A stretch of DNA of 64,000 nt. Origin: Mytilus edulis. Its lineage: Eukaryota. The stretch covers positions 3,038,001 to 3,102,000 of the forward strand of contig NC_092350.1 of assembly GCF_963676685.1 (NCBI RefSeq). The letters are read 5' to 3'. Below are positions 36,201 to 48,814 of this stretch, one piece after another; within the stretch, counting starts at the first letter, position 1; every line of letters starts with the position of its first letter. Under the pieces are notes generated by a model. The model made no database searches, had not been told where the DNA came from, and saw only the letters and a list, made by a program, of their open reading frames with translations. The position numbers were made by a program, and so were the translations under genes.

Positions 36201-36991
36201 ACCAGGGCAAAGTTATGTCATTTCAAAATTTCCAACAATTATATCAATTTAGGCCAAATATTTTACATTATTATGGAATAGCACACTCGCTTAATGAGTG
36301 GTTAAACACGATAAATATTGAAGTAAACGAGAGAAGAATTCATGCAATAATACCTTTTAACATAAGTATCTTTTTTGAATCAAAAAAAGGTTCAAAAGAC
36401 ATGTACAACATATTGAATGAAAAATATATTACATTTGCTGCAAAGGAAAAATGGGAGAACCATCTTAATATGACTGGTATTAACTGGAAAAAAATACACA
36501 CTTCGTGTACAAAATATAGTAAAAGCACTAAGCTTAGCTGGTTCCAATATAGAATTATCCATAGAATTTTGGGAACTAATTCACTACTTTACAAGATGAA
36601 AATAAATAGTAACAACATGTGTACATTTTGTAAAGAAGGACCAGAGACCATAGAACATTTATTTTGGAGCTGTCCGATGGTCGCCAGTCTCTGGCATGCA
36701 CTAAACATTTGGATTTTTGAAATGACAAATATTGAACTGCCTTTGAATATTATGATTATTTTATTTGGTATCTTAGAAAATGTTAAATTGAATTTTGTTA
36801 AAAATAAGATTATTCTTTTTTCAAAATACTACATCTACCGAACAAAACTACAAGAAGTTTTGCCAAATTTAAATGCTTTAAAAAACTATTTAAAGGAACA
36901 CTTGAATTTAGAAAAATACATTTCATTTAAAAACCTCTCTGTAGAGGAATATAACAAATACTGGAGTCCCTGGGCCCCTATCATAGAATAA
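33220..36991 (+). pseudogene. LINE ORF2p (APE endonuclease, RT, CCHC) with a single frameshift at ~35040
   Basis: SYNCQGL, LQDTH, GDFN, SRLDFFL and SDH (APE). KSPGSDG, WRPITLL, DFEKAFD, GCRQGDPLSP and YADD (RT). CTFC...HLFWSC. Frame changes between NIP and LIDFEK. Confidence 0.9.
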
Positions 36992-37815
36992 ATAATAAAT
37001 GTTAAAATTTGATTGAAACACCACTTATGCATATCGCAAGAACAAGTAAGACTTCAATGTTATAAGATATTTATTTATTTTCAAGCTACTATTGCACCAC
37101 CATATATATTCAATTGTTGTTTTATTATATAATACTTCTTTTGTGTTAAAATGCCATTCTGTACACCTTTGTTCATACATGTTGTGCTAGTCTATTTGTT
37201 ACAATAAAGAAAATTCATTATAAAAAAAAATAAATACAGTTGGTATGTTTACTGTCTGCTGATTTGTTAAAAGTATTACTTTTATTTTTATTGTTGTCAA
37301 TTTGTATAACTACATGCCCACTCTGAAGTTGTGTATTCATACGCCAACATGTGTGTACGTTGTAATTGTTAATATGGATAATATAAAAAGTTCTATGAGC
37401 CTTCCTTTTTATTAAAAATTTATTTATAATGAATGTCAATACTTTTTTTTGAATTTATGGAACCATAAAATTAGTTTTTGACTATTCACATTGTACATAA
37501 TCCGCTTCACGAATTATTCAATGTTAAGAGTCAAAAAAGCAAAATAAATAATATCCTTTAATAAAAGCTATTGTTAATGTTCCCCACTGTTTTTCGAATG
37601 TTTAAAACGTTCTAAAGACGAGTTATGAAAGTGAACATCCATTTACAAATTACCATTCGAGTTTAACATTAACCAATGACACACAATAACGTTTTTCTCG
37701 AATCAAATATGTATAATGTCTAAATAATTTTTAATACTTGTATGTCCTCACTTATTAATTGTTTTTCCTGTACATGTATTAATAGTTATCAAAGGTACCA
37801 GGATTATAATTTAGT

Positions 37816-37859
37816 ATGCCAGACGCGCGTTTCGTCTACATCAGACTCATCAGTGACGC
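37816..37859 (-). ncRNA. Type I hammerhead ribozyme (intact core, one stem I mismatch) in a retrozyme-like fragment at ~37782-38015
   Basis: Reverse complement reads GCGTCA-CTGATGA-GTCT gatgt AGAC-GAA-ACGCGCGT-C^TGGCAT. Confidence 0.8.
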
Positions 37860-39856
37860 TCATATCAAAATATTTATAAAGCCAAACAAGAACAAAGTTG
37901 AAGAGCATTGAGGATCCAAAATTCTCAAAAGTGGTGCCAAATACGGCTGAGGTAATCTATGCCTGGGATAATAATAACTTTTGCGTAAAATTCAAAGTTT
38001 TGTAAACAGGAATTTAATGCGTGCAATTGAACAGCTTATATAAGTAGTAGTAACAGTTTTCTTAACAACGAGCAATTTCGTATTGTTTTAGATACATGGT
38101 ATTTTATACCACATTGGCTAGAGGTATAAGGGAGGGTTCAGATCTCACAAAATATTTTTCTCGGCCGCATGTTTGCGCCTGTCCAAAGCAGAAACCTCTG
38201 GTCTTTGATAGTCTTGTGTGTTTTTTATTTTACTTTTTGTTAGCTTTTATGTTTCGGAGGTCAGTGTAACATCTATTTTTGCTAAAATATTGCATACTAT
38301 ATAGGGTCCAACAGAAGCACTGTAAATTTGTAATGAATGAATGAATTTTATTTCTTATTAACTACATAGTTACATAGAATATATATGTATAAACAATAAC
38401 ATTAAATATTAAAGCCCATAAGAACAATACAAACATAATAGATATAGGAAGATGTGGTATGAGTGCCAATGAGACAACTCTCCATTCAAATACTAATTTA
38501 TAAAAGTAAACCATTATAGGTCAAGGTACGGCCTTTAACACGGAGCCTTTGCTCACACCGAAAATCAACATTAAATTCGAGACCCATTGGTGGCCCTCGG
38601 TGCTGTTTCTGCTCTTTGGTCGGGAAGTTATCTCTATGAGACATTTTCCGTTTCCATTCTCAAATTTATTCTACACTATTGCCTTTTTGTTACAATTTAT
38701 TGTAGGGTATTTTTTAGTCATTTGTACGATATAGGTTCAATGATAAGATGTGATGGTTTAGGTTAATTTAACACAGCTCTCTTACATTTTGGGATAATTC
38801 TCGGGTAGATAAGCTCTTTTTGATTGTTTTCCCCTCTATTTATGTATCTTTTATTAGAGAGAGTTGTTCGCTTCTTTCTTTAATGTGAGAAAACATTCTT
38901 ATAATTCCTATTTTACACTTTATTTTCTACCCTAGGTATAGATCGGCGTGGTCCAATACTACACATCTTTTTAAAATAATACTTTGAAAGCCAAATCAAT
39001 AGCTACGATTCATTTGGCTTTCAAATTGATTTTTGTTCAGTTTCACTCATAATTCTGCTGTCTACGCCACGCGTGTCAAGTGTGCTAAATTATAAGAAGC
39101 CTGGTATCTAACAGACTTAAAGAACTAATGTTAATTTCGCTATTTCATCTTTTAAACCATGCAGAAGATTTAGCACGCTAAATATTTACAGCAATGATTC
39201 AAAAATTTAAATAAAAAGAACAAACAGAAAACATCCAAAAAAAATTAGCAACGAATACATAATGTCAAAATCAATTAAAATGTACTTAATTTACATATAA
39301 ATTGTAATAGAATTGAATGTAACAAATAGGGCAATATTCTTTGCCGGAAGCTTTTCTATTATTTTAGAATGTTTTAACTGACGTGTACTATTTTATAGAT
39401 ATTTTAAAAAAAATCTAGATATTTTTTAAATGCTTATGATTCAAGCAAAATTTACAAAAACATTTTAAATGCAATTATATAAAAATATTTCATAAAGAAT
39501 GCAAATATAATGCTCGTAAGGACTATTAACAGACTGACTCTGCTAGTCTCCATAGTGATTGAGATTATAACAGGAGTTGGCTGTTGGGTCCCTGTTTTTG
39601 ATATGTTTGCCTATTATGTCTGTTTGTTTTGTTCACGCATCGTTGTCAGTATAACGGAATTTGATGCGCGCGTCATACCAGAGAGATTTTTAGCTAGCTT
39701 TAAAACCAAGTTCAATCCGCCATGTTCTACATACGAAAATGCCTGTACTAAGTCAGGAATATGACAGTTGTTATCAATTCGTTTTAAGAATTTTGGTCCT
39801 CAATGCTCTTCAACTTTGTACCTCTTATTTAGCCTTTTTAACTTTTTTGGATTCGA

Positions 39857-39900
39857 GCGTCACTGATGAGTCTTTTGTAGACGTAACGCCCGTCTGGTGT
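39857..39900 (+). ncRNA. Degenerate type I hammerhead ribozyme (GAAA changed to GTAA; probably inactive)
   Basis: GCGTCA-CTGATGA-GTCT tttgt AGAC-GTAA-CGCCCGTC-TGGTGT, with the same flanks as the 13040 copy. Confidence 0.7.
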
Positions 39901-41884
39901 ATACTAAATTCAGTCCTGGTATCTATGATGAGTTTTTTTTTTTAATATGTTAGAGCTTTTGATTTTGCAAATTGACTAAGGACTTTCTTTTTGAATTTAC
40001 CTAGGAGTTCAGTATTTTTGTGATTTAGCTTCTTCCTGCTAGAATTTTTATCAAACATGTTGGAAAAAAATCAAAAACATTTAAAGCAGTTAAAATAACA
40101 TAACGGTACCAGTTATACTGCACACATATATGCGCTTTTCGGCTATTCATTTCCCTTCAGTGATGTTCGAGGCCAAAATGTTTCCATAATCATCACTTAT
40201 AATTAGCTTTTGCCTAGGAGCCAGTGTGTATTGAACCCGGTTAATTTTGATATCCCAAATAACAATGCCATTTGAGCCTTTTAAGAAAAAAATCATGTTT
40301 TATTATGCAAACTTTGTTTTAGAAACAGATTTTGAAATCCATTCTTTGGTGGACTCTATATACCCCCCCCCCCCTTTTTCCGATAATATCAACTTTGGCA
40401 CTTGCATAACATTACGGATAGTGAAGCGATTTTACAATATACCGGGTTTACTACACACTGGCTTCTAGACAAATGCTAATTATAAGAGTTTATTCTGGAA
40501 ATATTTGAAAAGCAAGTACTATAACTTGACTTTTCAAGAGCTTGCTAATTATACATTGCAGACACTACGACCCGACGCTTTATCGAGGAATGGCTATACA
40601 TTTCTGTATTATGGTTACGGATTTTATGATAATGACACCTTTAATGTTATCATTGTTTAATGCTTGAGATGAATATTTTGACAATAAATGAAGGCCGTAC
40701 GGTGACCTACAATTGTTAATGTCTGTGTCATTTTGGTATCTTGTGGACAGTTGTCTCATTGGCAATCATACCACATCTTCTTTTTTATATTACTCATTTC
40801 TTGATTATGGTTAAATTAGCGTGTAACAGCTGAAAAAAAGATTGCCTGTAAGAAAAATAAATCCTTATAAAAATTATTGCGTGAAAGAAAAGCTCTAAAT
40901 TCTGGTTGAAATATAAAAATAAGCATACAATATAATTACAATAAATCGAGAGAAAACATAATATATAAAAAAGAAGATGTGGTATGATTGCCAATGAGAC
41001 AATTGTCCACAAGAGACCAAAATCATGCATCTTAAAAGACTAAACTTTCAATCCGTACACATCCAACATCCAATGGATTTAGTGTAAAGACGTCATAAAC
41101 AGCCAGAGAAAAACATGACCTTGTGCAATGCCAAGTTACAGGTATCGACAGATTGTAGATCCATGAATATGTATATGTATATAACATACTAGTAATATTT
41201 AGTTAGCTTTTAATTTACTGATAACAAAATCAATATTTAAATATAAGTCTGTAATTGATATGGAAAAAATACTTTTGAAATAAGTCTAAAGATTTCATAG
41301 AACTTACTTTCCATACCATTATTTAGCACATAATGAGAAAAGATTGTACATACAAATATTTTTTCTGAATTATTTTCAACATAAAAATCGTGTTATGAAG
41401 CGATAAGATACACAACCCTTCTTATATGTATGTATGTAATGGTTACATTATTTGGTATGATTGCAAATGAGGCAAAAGGTCCTGCTTTTACAACTCTCAT
41501 CCCATACAGCAGGCTATAAACAATTCCAGAATGACAAATTAAACGAGACGACTATAAGCTTGATTTATATAGAATCCGATTCACAAAACACAAATATGAT
41601 ATATTCCAACAAATGACAACTACTGATCAACAGCCCCTAGAATGATGACGGCCACATACAAATCTATTTTGACATTTACGCAGGAATTGAATAAAAGAGA
41701 TTATGTCACAAAAAACATAATATGTCACATAACCTAGGTATAACTCTGATTGGATGTGTGTTAACTAATGCTTTATTGAATCAATATAACGTTTGTTTCA
41801 GCAGTCTCGTGATACGAGGTTAAATGATATCTGTATCTAGAAACTTTGATACTGGCATAAATATGCTACTGATTTTTTAGAACA

Positions 41885-43830
41885 TGCATGAAAGTCCCAA
41901 CTATGTATTGGCTTCCGAAACTACACAAAACACCTTACAAATATAGATTTATTTCGTCTTCAAGCCATTGTTCCACTACTAAATTATATATTCTTCTTAC
42001 CAGTACACTTGGTACAATTAAAAACTTGATAATAAATTGTTCAAATAAGGCCTTCGAAAATAGTGGAATAAATACTTTTGGAGTGTCAAAAACTCGTTGG
42101 AAGTACTTGATAAATTGCATGCTTATATTGGTGATTTTGAATCTGTTCAAAGTTTTGATTTTTCTACCCTATATACCAAATTGCCTCACATTCTCATTAA
42201 GAAAAAAATCACACACCTAATTAAATGGGCATTTAAAAAGTCAGAATGTGAATATATATGTTCAAATTCTTTTAGGTCATTTTTTAGTAGCAATAAACAA
42301 AAAATCAATTGGACATGCTTTGATACTATATCTGCCCTTGAATTTTTACTAGATAACATTTTTGTTCGCTTTGGTGATTCCATATATCGTCAGGTTATCG
42401 GAATTCCAATGGGGATTAACTGTGCACCACTTATTGCGGACCTGTTTTTGTATTGCTATCAGTTACAATTTTTGACAAAAATCAGCAAAGACCCATAGAA
42501 ACAACATCTGATACACAAATTTAATAATACTTTTAGATATTTGCATGATATTTTAGCTCTCAATAATGACGACTTCAGTATGTATACTAAAGAAATTTAT
42601 CCTGTTGAACTTACTTTGAATAAAGCTAATACTAACAATGACCACTGCCCTTTCCTCGATCTTGATATATATATCATTAACGGAAAGCTTAATACTAAAA
42701 TTTATGATAAAAGAGATGATTTCTCATTTCCTATCGTTAATTATCCATTTTTAGATGGTGACGTTCCCCTGTCACCATCTTACGGTGTTTATATATCTCA
42801 ACTTGTACGATTCGCTCGTGTATGTAACAATGTTTCAGATTTTAACGAGAGAAATTTATGTATTACTGAAAAATTATTACACCAGCGTTTTCGATATCAC
42901 AAACTAGTCAAAACATTTACTAAATTTTATCATCGGTATAAGGACATCATTCGTAAATATAGCTCAACATGCAAACTTCTTATACGTTCAGGTATTTCAC
43001 ATCCACATATTTTATGGAAATATTCTTTATAAAGCACAAAAAAGTCAGTATTCACCTCAGAAGCTAACAAAACCTTTAAATAGACTTATTAAGAAGGGAT
43101 ATAGTTACGATACTGTTGTCAGGTCATTTAAGATTGCATATTTTGGCGTTAATATTGATTCTTTTGTAGGGTCTTTGCATCGGAACTAAACACATTTATT
43201 ATTAATAAACCAGTTGTTGGCATGACACGAGTTATGTTCTTCTCATATATGTTATGATGGTATGATATTAAACCCCTAACGGGGAGGATTGTGCCTGATA
43301 TTCATATGATGAAGACATAATTTTTCAATCAGTTTAATTGAGGTCCAGAGCTGGCATGTCAGTTAACTGCTAGTAGTCTGATGTTATTTGTGTATTATTG
43401 TCATTTTGTTTATTTTCTTTGGTTACATCTTCTGACGTCAGACTCGGACTTCTCTTGAACTGAATTTTAATGTGCGTATTGTTATGCGCTTACTTTTCTG
43501 CATTGGCTAGAGGTATAGGGGGAGGGTTGAGATCTCACAAACATGTTTAACCCCGCCGCATTTTTGCGCCTGCCCCAAGTCAGGAGTCTCTGGCCTTTGT
43601 TAGTCTTGTATTATTTTAACTTTTAGTTTCTTGTGTACAATTTGGAGTTTATTATGGTGTTCATTATCACTGAACCAGTATATATTTGTTTAGGGGCCAG
43701 CTGAAGGACCCCTCCGGGTGCGAGAATTTCTCTTGCATTGAAGACCTGTTGGTGACCTTCTGCTGTTGTCTGCTTTATGATTGGGTTGTTGTCTCTTTGT
43801 CACATTCCCCATTTTCATTCTCAAGTTTAC
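41885..43830 (+). mobile_element. Decayed 5'-truncated Penelope-like (Naiad-type) retroelement, second family, with a long family B 3' tail
   Basis: YWLPKLHKTP, FDFSTLYTKLPH, GIPMGINCAP, YLHD (decayed YxDD), YDKRDDFSFPIVNYPFL and SYGVYISQL. Confidence 0.85.
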
Positions 43831-44491
43831 TTGATGAAAGTATTCAAAATAAATCGCAGGTGAGTAATGCACGTAAAACAGAGAACACTAAAAGAAATAT
43901 CCTTTGGACGCAGCCTATCTCTCACATTGGAGAGTTCATGCGATTCCCTTGGTTTGTTTTGTTGCAAAGTGCCTCTTTTTAATTGATTTACAAGATTAAA
44001 ACATCAGTAAACTATAGTTACCACATCTGATATACCCTTTAAACAGCTTATAACATCTAAATAATTACTAATAAGTACACTTATTCTATGTTAGTTTGAT
44101 TGTATAAAACAGTAGCGCGTCATTCAAAAATAAGTCTGCATATGAAAATGAAATGTTATATTCGTGATGACACGTACTTCTACCAAAAAAGTCATCACCT
44201 GAATAAAAGAAAAGCGTTATAAAACTTTTCATGGTCTTATAAGCATTAAAAAGTAAATGTTAGAAAATTAATGCTACTTTTTTAATTTTATTTCGGTGTG
44301 AAAGTGGTAGTAACGCACAGATATTCCGCGCTTCATCCACATGTGCTTGACAAAGGCATTCATTACTTAATTCAATATGTTGTCTCTTATTATTCTACTG
44401 TCTGTACAATGAATAGAGAAATGGACGTTGTGTATGGAAATAAGAAATGTAAAAATGTAAAAATGTTACACTAGGCAATCTTCCAAAAAAG

Positions 44492-45286
44492 TAGTGTTGT
44501 CAAATCGTACAGTTTCGTACGATTTTATAATACGATGAATTGAAGTTGGTCGTTTGGTATTAAAAGGCTTATTTGTGAGCATTTTTCGACTTTTAATAAT
44601 CCAATACACCGTATCTACTATGGCGTTTATAATAACTTCAGGTTAAAAAATAAAAAACCTCCTTTATTTCATCGAATTGAAAATGTCGGAAACCGATGAA
44701 TGTTTCATTTTCTCTAGATGTTTCAGAAAATAATATGGAGTGTTTCAATTTGAAATAATGAAGTCTGTTACTCGTACCATCAAGTACACATTACGTACAT
44801 TCACGTTGATTTTCGTTTCACAATTTTTGGTTGGTATTTCGTTAATATTATGACAAAGCCTTGTGTGATGGAGGTTGTACATTCAGATGTAGGTATACGC
44901 AATATTAGATCAAAAATTACATAATGAAGTAAATCGTAAAATTTATTTGGACTACCGATTTAAAGTTACAGTAAGTGTTTCAAACAAATTGTATACTTAT
45001 TATGTTTACTTAAGATCTCGTCCCGAGCTGATAGACAACTTGTCTTAGTGCTAATTAATTTTATATTTTAATGGATTAAAAATAGCAATCAATATACTGT
45101 ATAATTGATCTGTCAAATTAATTACCACGGCGATCATTTTGAATAGAACCAAATAATTTTATGATTTCATTAAACATTTATACAAAATATATTCAAATTG
45201 AAAAAGGCTGGTTAACCGGTTGACGTTTCTAGTATTCGGTCGTTCCGACGGTTAACAAGTTAACCGGTTAACCATTGACAACACTA
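44492..45286. mobile_element. ~795-bp hAT-like MITE
   Basis: 12-bp TIR TAGTGTTGTCAA / TTGACAACACTA. 8-bp flanks CAAAAAAG and CAAATAAG differ at one base. Subterminal GTTAACCGGTT palindromes. Confidence 0.75.
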
Positions 45287-45581
45287 CAAATAAGGTGTTC
45301 AGTATTATAAGCTTATCGGATAACAGTATTGCAGCAAAAAGAATACGTTCCTAATGAGTCCTGCTTACAGGGTTAAGTCTGCCATGTTAGGCATGCACAG
45401 CCAATTACCTTGTGCATAAGTCAAAAGAAAATCAGTGAAGTGATATTTTGGGCTGCTATTTCAAGGTAGATATAACATAAGTATGGTGCACCAAGGGGCA
45501 GTTGCCAACCGAAAACTCAAATAACTAGGAGTTTAATAACTACAGATAACAAGACGGTCTTCAAAAAGTAACAAAATCAAC

Positions 45582-45647
45582 ACCGCTTAAGGCCCCGATA
45601 AAAGAAAACAACAAACCGCTTAAGGCCCCGATAAAAGAAAACAACAA
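45582..45647. repeat. 33-bp tandem duplication
   Basis: ACCGCTTAAGGCCCCGATAAAAGAAAACAACAA occurs twice. Confidence 0.85.
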
Positions 45648-46760
45648 AAGAGTATTCCTGAATTGATAGCCAATAAAATGATAAAATACAATAGTCACGT
45701 GTTAATTTTACTACTACTCGAGAATGTGAAATTTACAAAACGAGACAAAATTGAGTTTGCTCAAGACCTACGTCTTCATTTATAAATCTAGCTAATTGGT
45801 TCCGAAAAAGAGCGAGGATATAAACTGTACGTTATTGTCTCTTTGGTATCTATAAATAGAAGCTCCTAGGGTTGATCGTAGAGCAAGTTATAGCTGGAAA
45901 CATCTCGTGTTGCTTTTGTTTATACAAACCTGGTAATCAAAAACTTTTAACAAGTTTCTAGGAACCAAGTGAAGTTGCAAAGAAGACTTGGCTTTGATTT
46001 TTATTCTGTAACGATCAGTTTGATGTATAAACATAGTGATAATAAAATGGCATCCCTTTGATTTGGTTACAAATTCAAAAACCTCTCTAACAAAGAGTAA
46101 TCCGAAACTGCAAATCAAAAAGACAATAAAACTTAAACAACAAATTTGACAGAAGTTTGCAGTAGTTATTATTAGAATCTTTAACATACTAATTTCAGTC
46201 GAAATTTTCCAAATGAAATAGGGAAAGACGCCAACGGGTAATTCAAGTCGATAATTCGACGAACAAACAAACACTACGCCGACATGATACAAAATACTGG
46301 CAATCTGTTTTGTTTTCGTTTAATTTGTTGTTTGTTTCCGTTCTTTATATTTGAATGTTGTTTTTTCCAAGGTGTGGTCTAGTGTTTTTTTTAATTTTAA
46401 CAAAGCATTGATAGCTAACACGAAACCTCCCATTTAAATACTGAAATACCTTTCGAATACCGGTAATTCGTTAATTTCATATAGGTAACAAAAAAATAAC
46501 AGGTTTGTAAATTTGTGCGCCATGTGTACGTTTTGTCATAAAAAAAAATCACCAGTGAAGCTCGAATAAAACGGTACAAGCCAAATAAAGTATTACGTTG
46601 GAGTGCATTGAGGGTCAATTGATAAGATTGCTAACTAATTATAAATGATCATTTTTATTTTATAAAATAAAAGTATGGATTTCTATGTATGCTTGTAATC
46701 TGCTTAACAAATAAATATATAGTCAATTCAGAGTAAATAAAATTAAAACAATATATACAA

Positions 46761-48814
46761 TTACTGTTGAGTAATGGGACCATGAAAACTATTTGAACTT
46801 GCCGGTAAAGCTTGGTTTGTAACAGGATCAATAAAACCACCGGTATTTGATGTTTGCACATTGCTTTGGCCTTGATTCGCAAATCCTTGGACAGATGCCC
46901 ATGGGTTTCCGGCGGTTAATGTAGGTCCTGGAAAGTTTCCATTTGAAGGCGGCTGACCTGGAAAATTTCCATTTAAAGGCGGTTGACCTGGAAAATTTCC
47001 ATTTAAAGGCACTTGACCTTGAATGTTTCCATTTAAAGGCACTTGACCTTGAATGTTTCCATTTAAAGGTACTTGACCTTGAAAGTTAGAATTAATGCCT
47101 GGCACTGGAGGCAACTGGTTCAGGAACTGAGAAATTTGACCATTTGGGTTAGGTCCTAAATTTTGGTTTGATACTGGTTGTTGCATTCCAGCCATAAAAG
47201 GATTGGTATTTTGTCCAAACCCTTGGAATCCTTGTGGTACAAAACCCGGGAATCCTTGTCCCTGTAGATTTGTATTTACTCCATTGTTAGGAAAACCTTG
47301 TTGAGTCTGTGGTATTCCACCGGTAGGAAACTGAGGCATAGGGAATTGTCCAAATGCTGGCACCTGCTGCTGACCTCTTAATTGTTGTATTTGAAATTCT
47401 AATGCAGCTTGTTGTCCTCTGAGTTGGTTCAATATCTGCTGATTTTGGACCAATTGCATTTCAGGGGATTGACTTCCACCTTGTAAATTTGGAGGCATAA
47501 AACCCGGAGTTTGAGGCCAAATGTTATTATTTTGCTGACCTTGAAATGGTGACGGGATATTTTGTAAAAACGGATTCTGCATTGTATTTTGATTCATCAA
47601 TGGATTCTGAACATTTTCCGTTAAACTTGAATCAACTGGTGGTAGTAACAAGTTTGCATTGCTGCTGTCAAATCTAACTCTGTTGGCGAATTCATTGTCA
47701 GATGGAGGCACATTAAGAACAGCTAGAGGATCTCTTATTTGTTGTCCAACGTCGGTTGTTATAATTGGTTGAACTGGTGGTGAATCTGGTAGTGCAGCAG
47801 GTGGCGGCAAGTCTGGAAGAATTGCAGGTAACAGAGAATCTGGTCGTGAAATAGGGGGCGGGAAATCTGGTAGTATTGTACGTAGCGGTGAATCTGGTAG
47901 TGCAGCAGGTGGCGGCAAGTCTGGTTGAATTGCAGGTATTTGGGAATCTGGTCGTGCAGCAGGAATCGGAGAAACTGGTCGTGGTGGTGGATCAACCGGT
48001 GTATCGTTTGGTCCGACACTGTCTGCTGGTAACCGAACTGACGAACCTGGAAAAGGACTTAAAGGTTCAACGTTATCTTGAAACAATCGCACTGATGAAT
48101 CGAGTGTAGGGTCACGACTCACAACGTTGTCTTGGCGCAGCCGTACGGAATTATCAAGTAAAGATTCCTCATTTCTTAAGATATCTGGGGACACTAGAAT
48201 GGGTGAATCAGGAAAAGAACCTATACTTCCAATGTTGTTTTGTGGCAGCCGAACGGATAAATCAGGGAAAGAGTCTCGCCTTCGAATGTTGTCTTGGGGA
48301 AGCCGAACAGATGAATCAGATAAAGTACCTAGATTGCCTAAGCTGTCTGAATGTAGTCGATCGGACGGTTCTGGAGAGATATCTGTATGGTGAACATTAT
48401 CAAAAGGCCTTCGAACTGACATGTCTGGGAAATGATCTCGAATAGAAGGTCTTCTTTCCTCTTTTTCTGCATGGATTTTAACAACTTTGACTGTTTTTTG
48501 TTGAATCGGTGTAATTTTTTTCTGTTTTATTGAATGTAATTTTTTCACCAAACGTTTTAAATCCGTAACCCTCTTTGAACATTTGTTATTATCACATCCT
48601 TGACATTTGTAACCGTTTTTATAGAAATAGGTTTTCATCCGGCATTCGTCAGGAATAAATTCTTGTTCGCATGCCACAGGTGGACATGGACCTGATGACT
48701 TCTTATGTGTGAAATCTTCGAGGAGACGTTTCTTACGTGAGAAATCATCCAAAAGACGTTTCTTCACTCTCGATCTGAACACTTTCTTGTTTTTATCATA
48801 CCGATACGAATGGC
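46761..48814 (-). CDS. Cluster gene 5, exon 2: large secreted modular protein (702 aa spliced) with the 6-Cys module and Pro- and Gln/Asn/Gly-rich repeats
   Basis: Acceptor tttcAG at 48815-48816. Phase-1 junction reads G|GC-CAT (GHSYRY). Uninterrupted 2-kb ORF. AATAAA at 46654-46659(-). Confidence 0.92.

Larger units (their letters stand above)
30021..37228 (+). mobile_element. Full-length L1/Tx1-clade non-LTR retrotransposon (~7.2 kb)
   Basis: 17-bp TSD AATAAATACAGTTGGTA at 30004-30020 and 37229-37245. ORF1 and ORF2 present. AATAAA at ~37204 followed by an A-tail. Confidence 0.93.
37570..40690. repeat. More diverged third copy of the intergenic region upstream of exon 1, displaced from gene 4 by the LINE
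   Basis: Collinear with ~14450-15040 and ~26030-27170/17750. Lacks the Naiad insertion. Confidence 0.75.
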
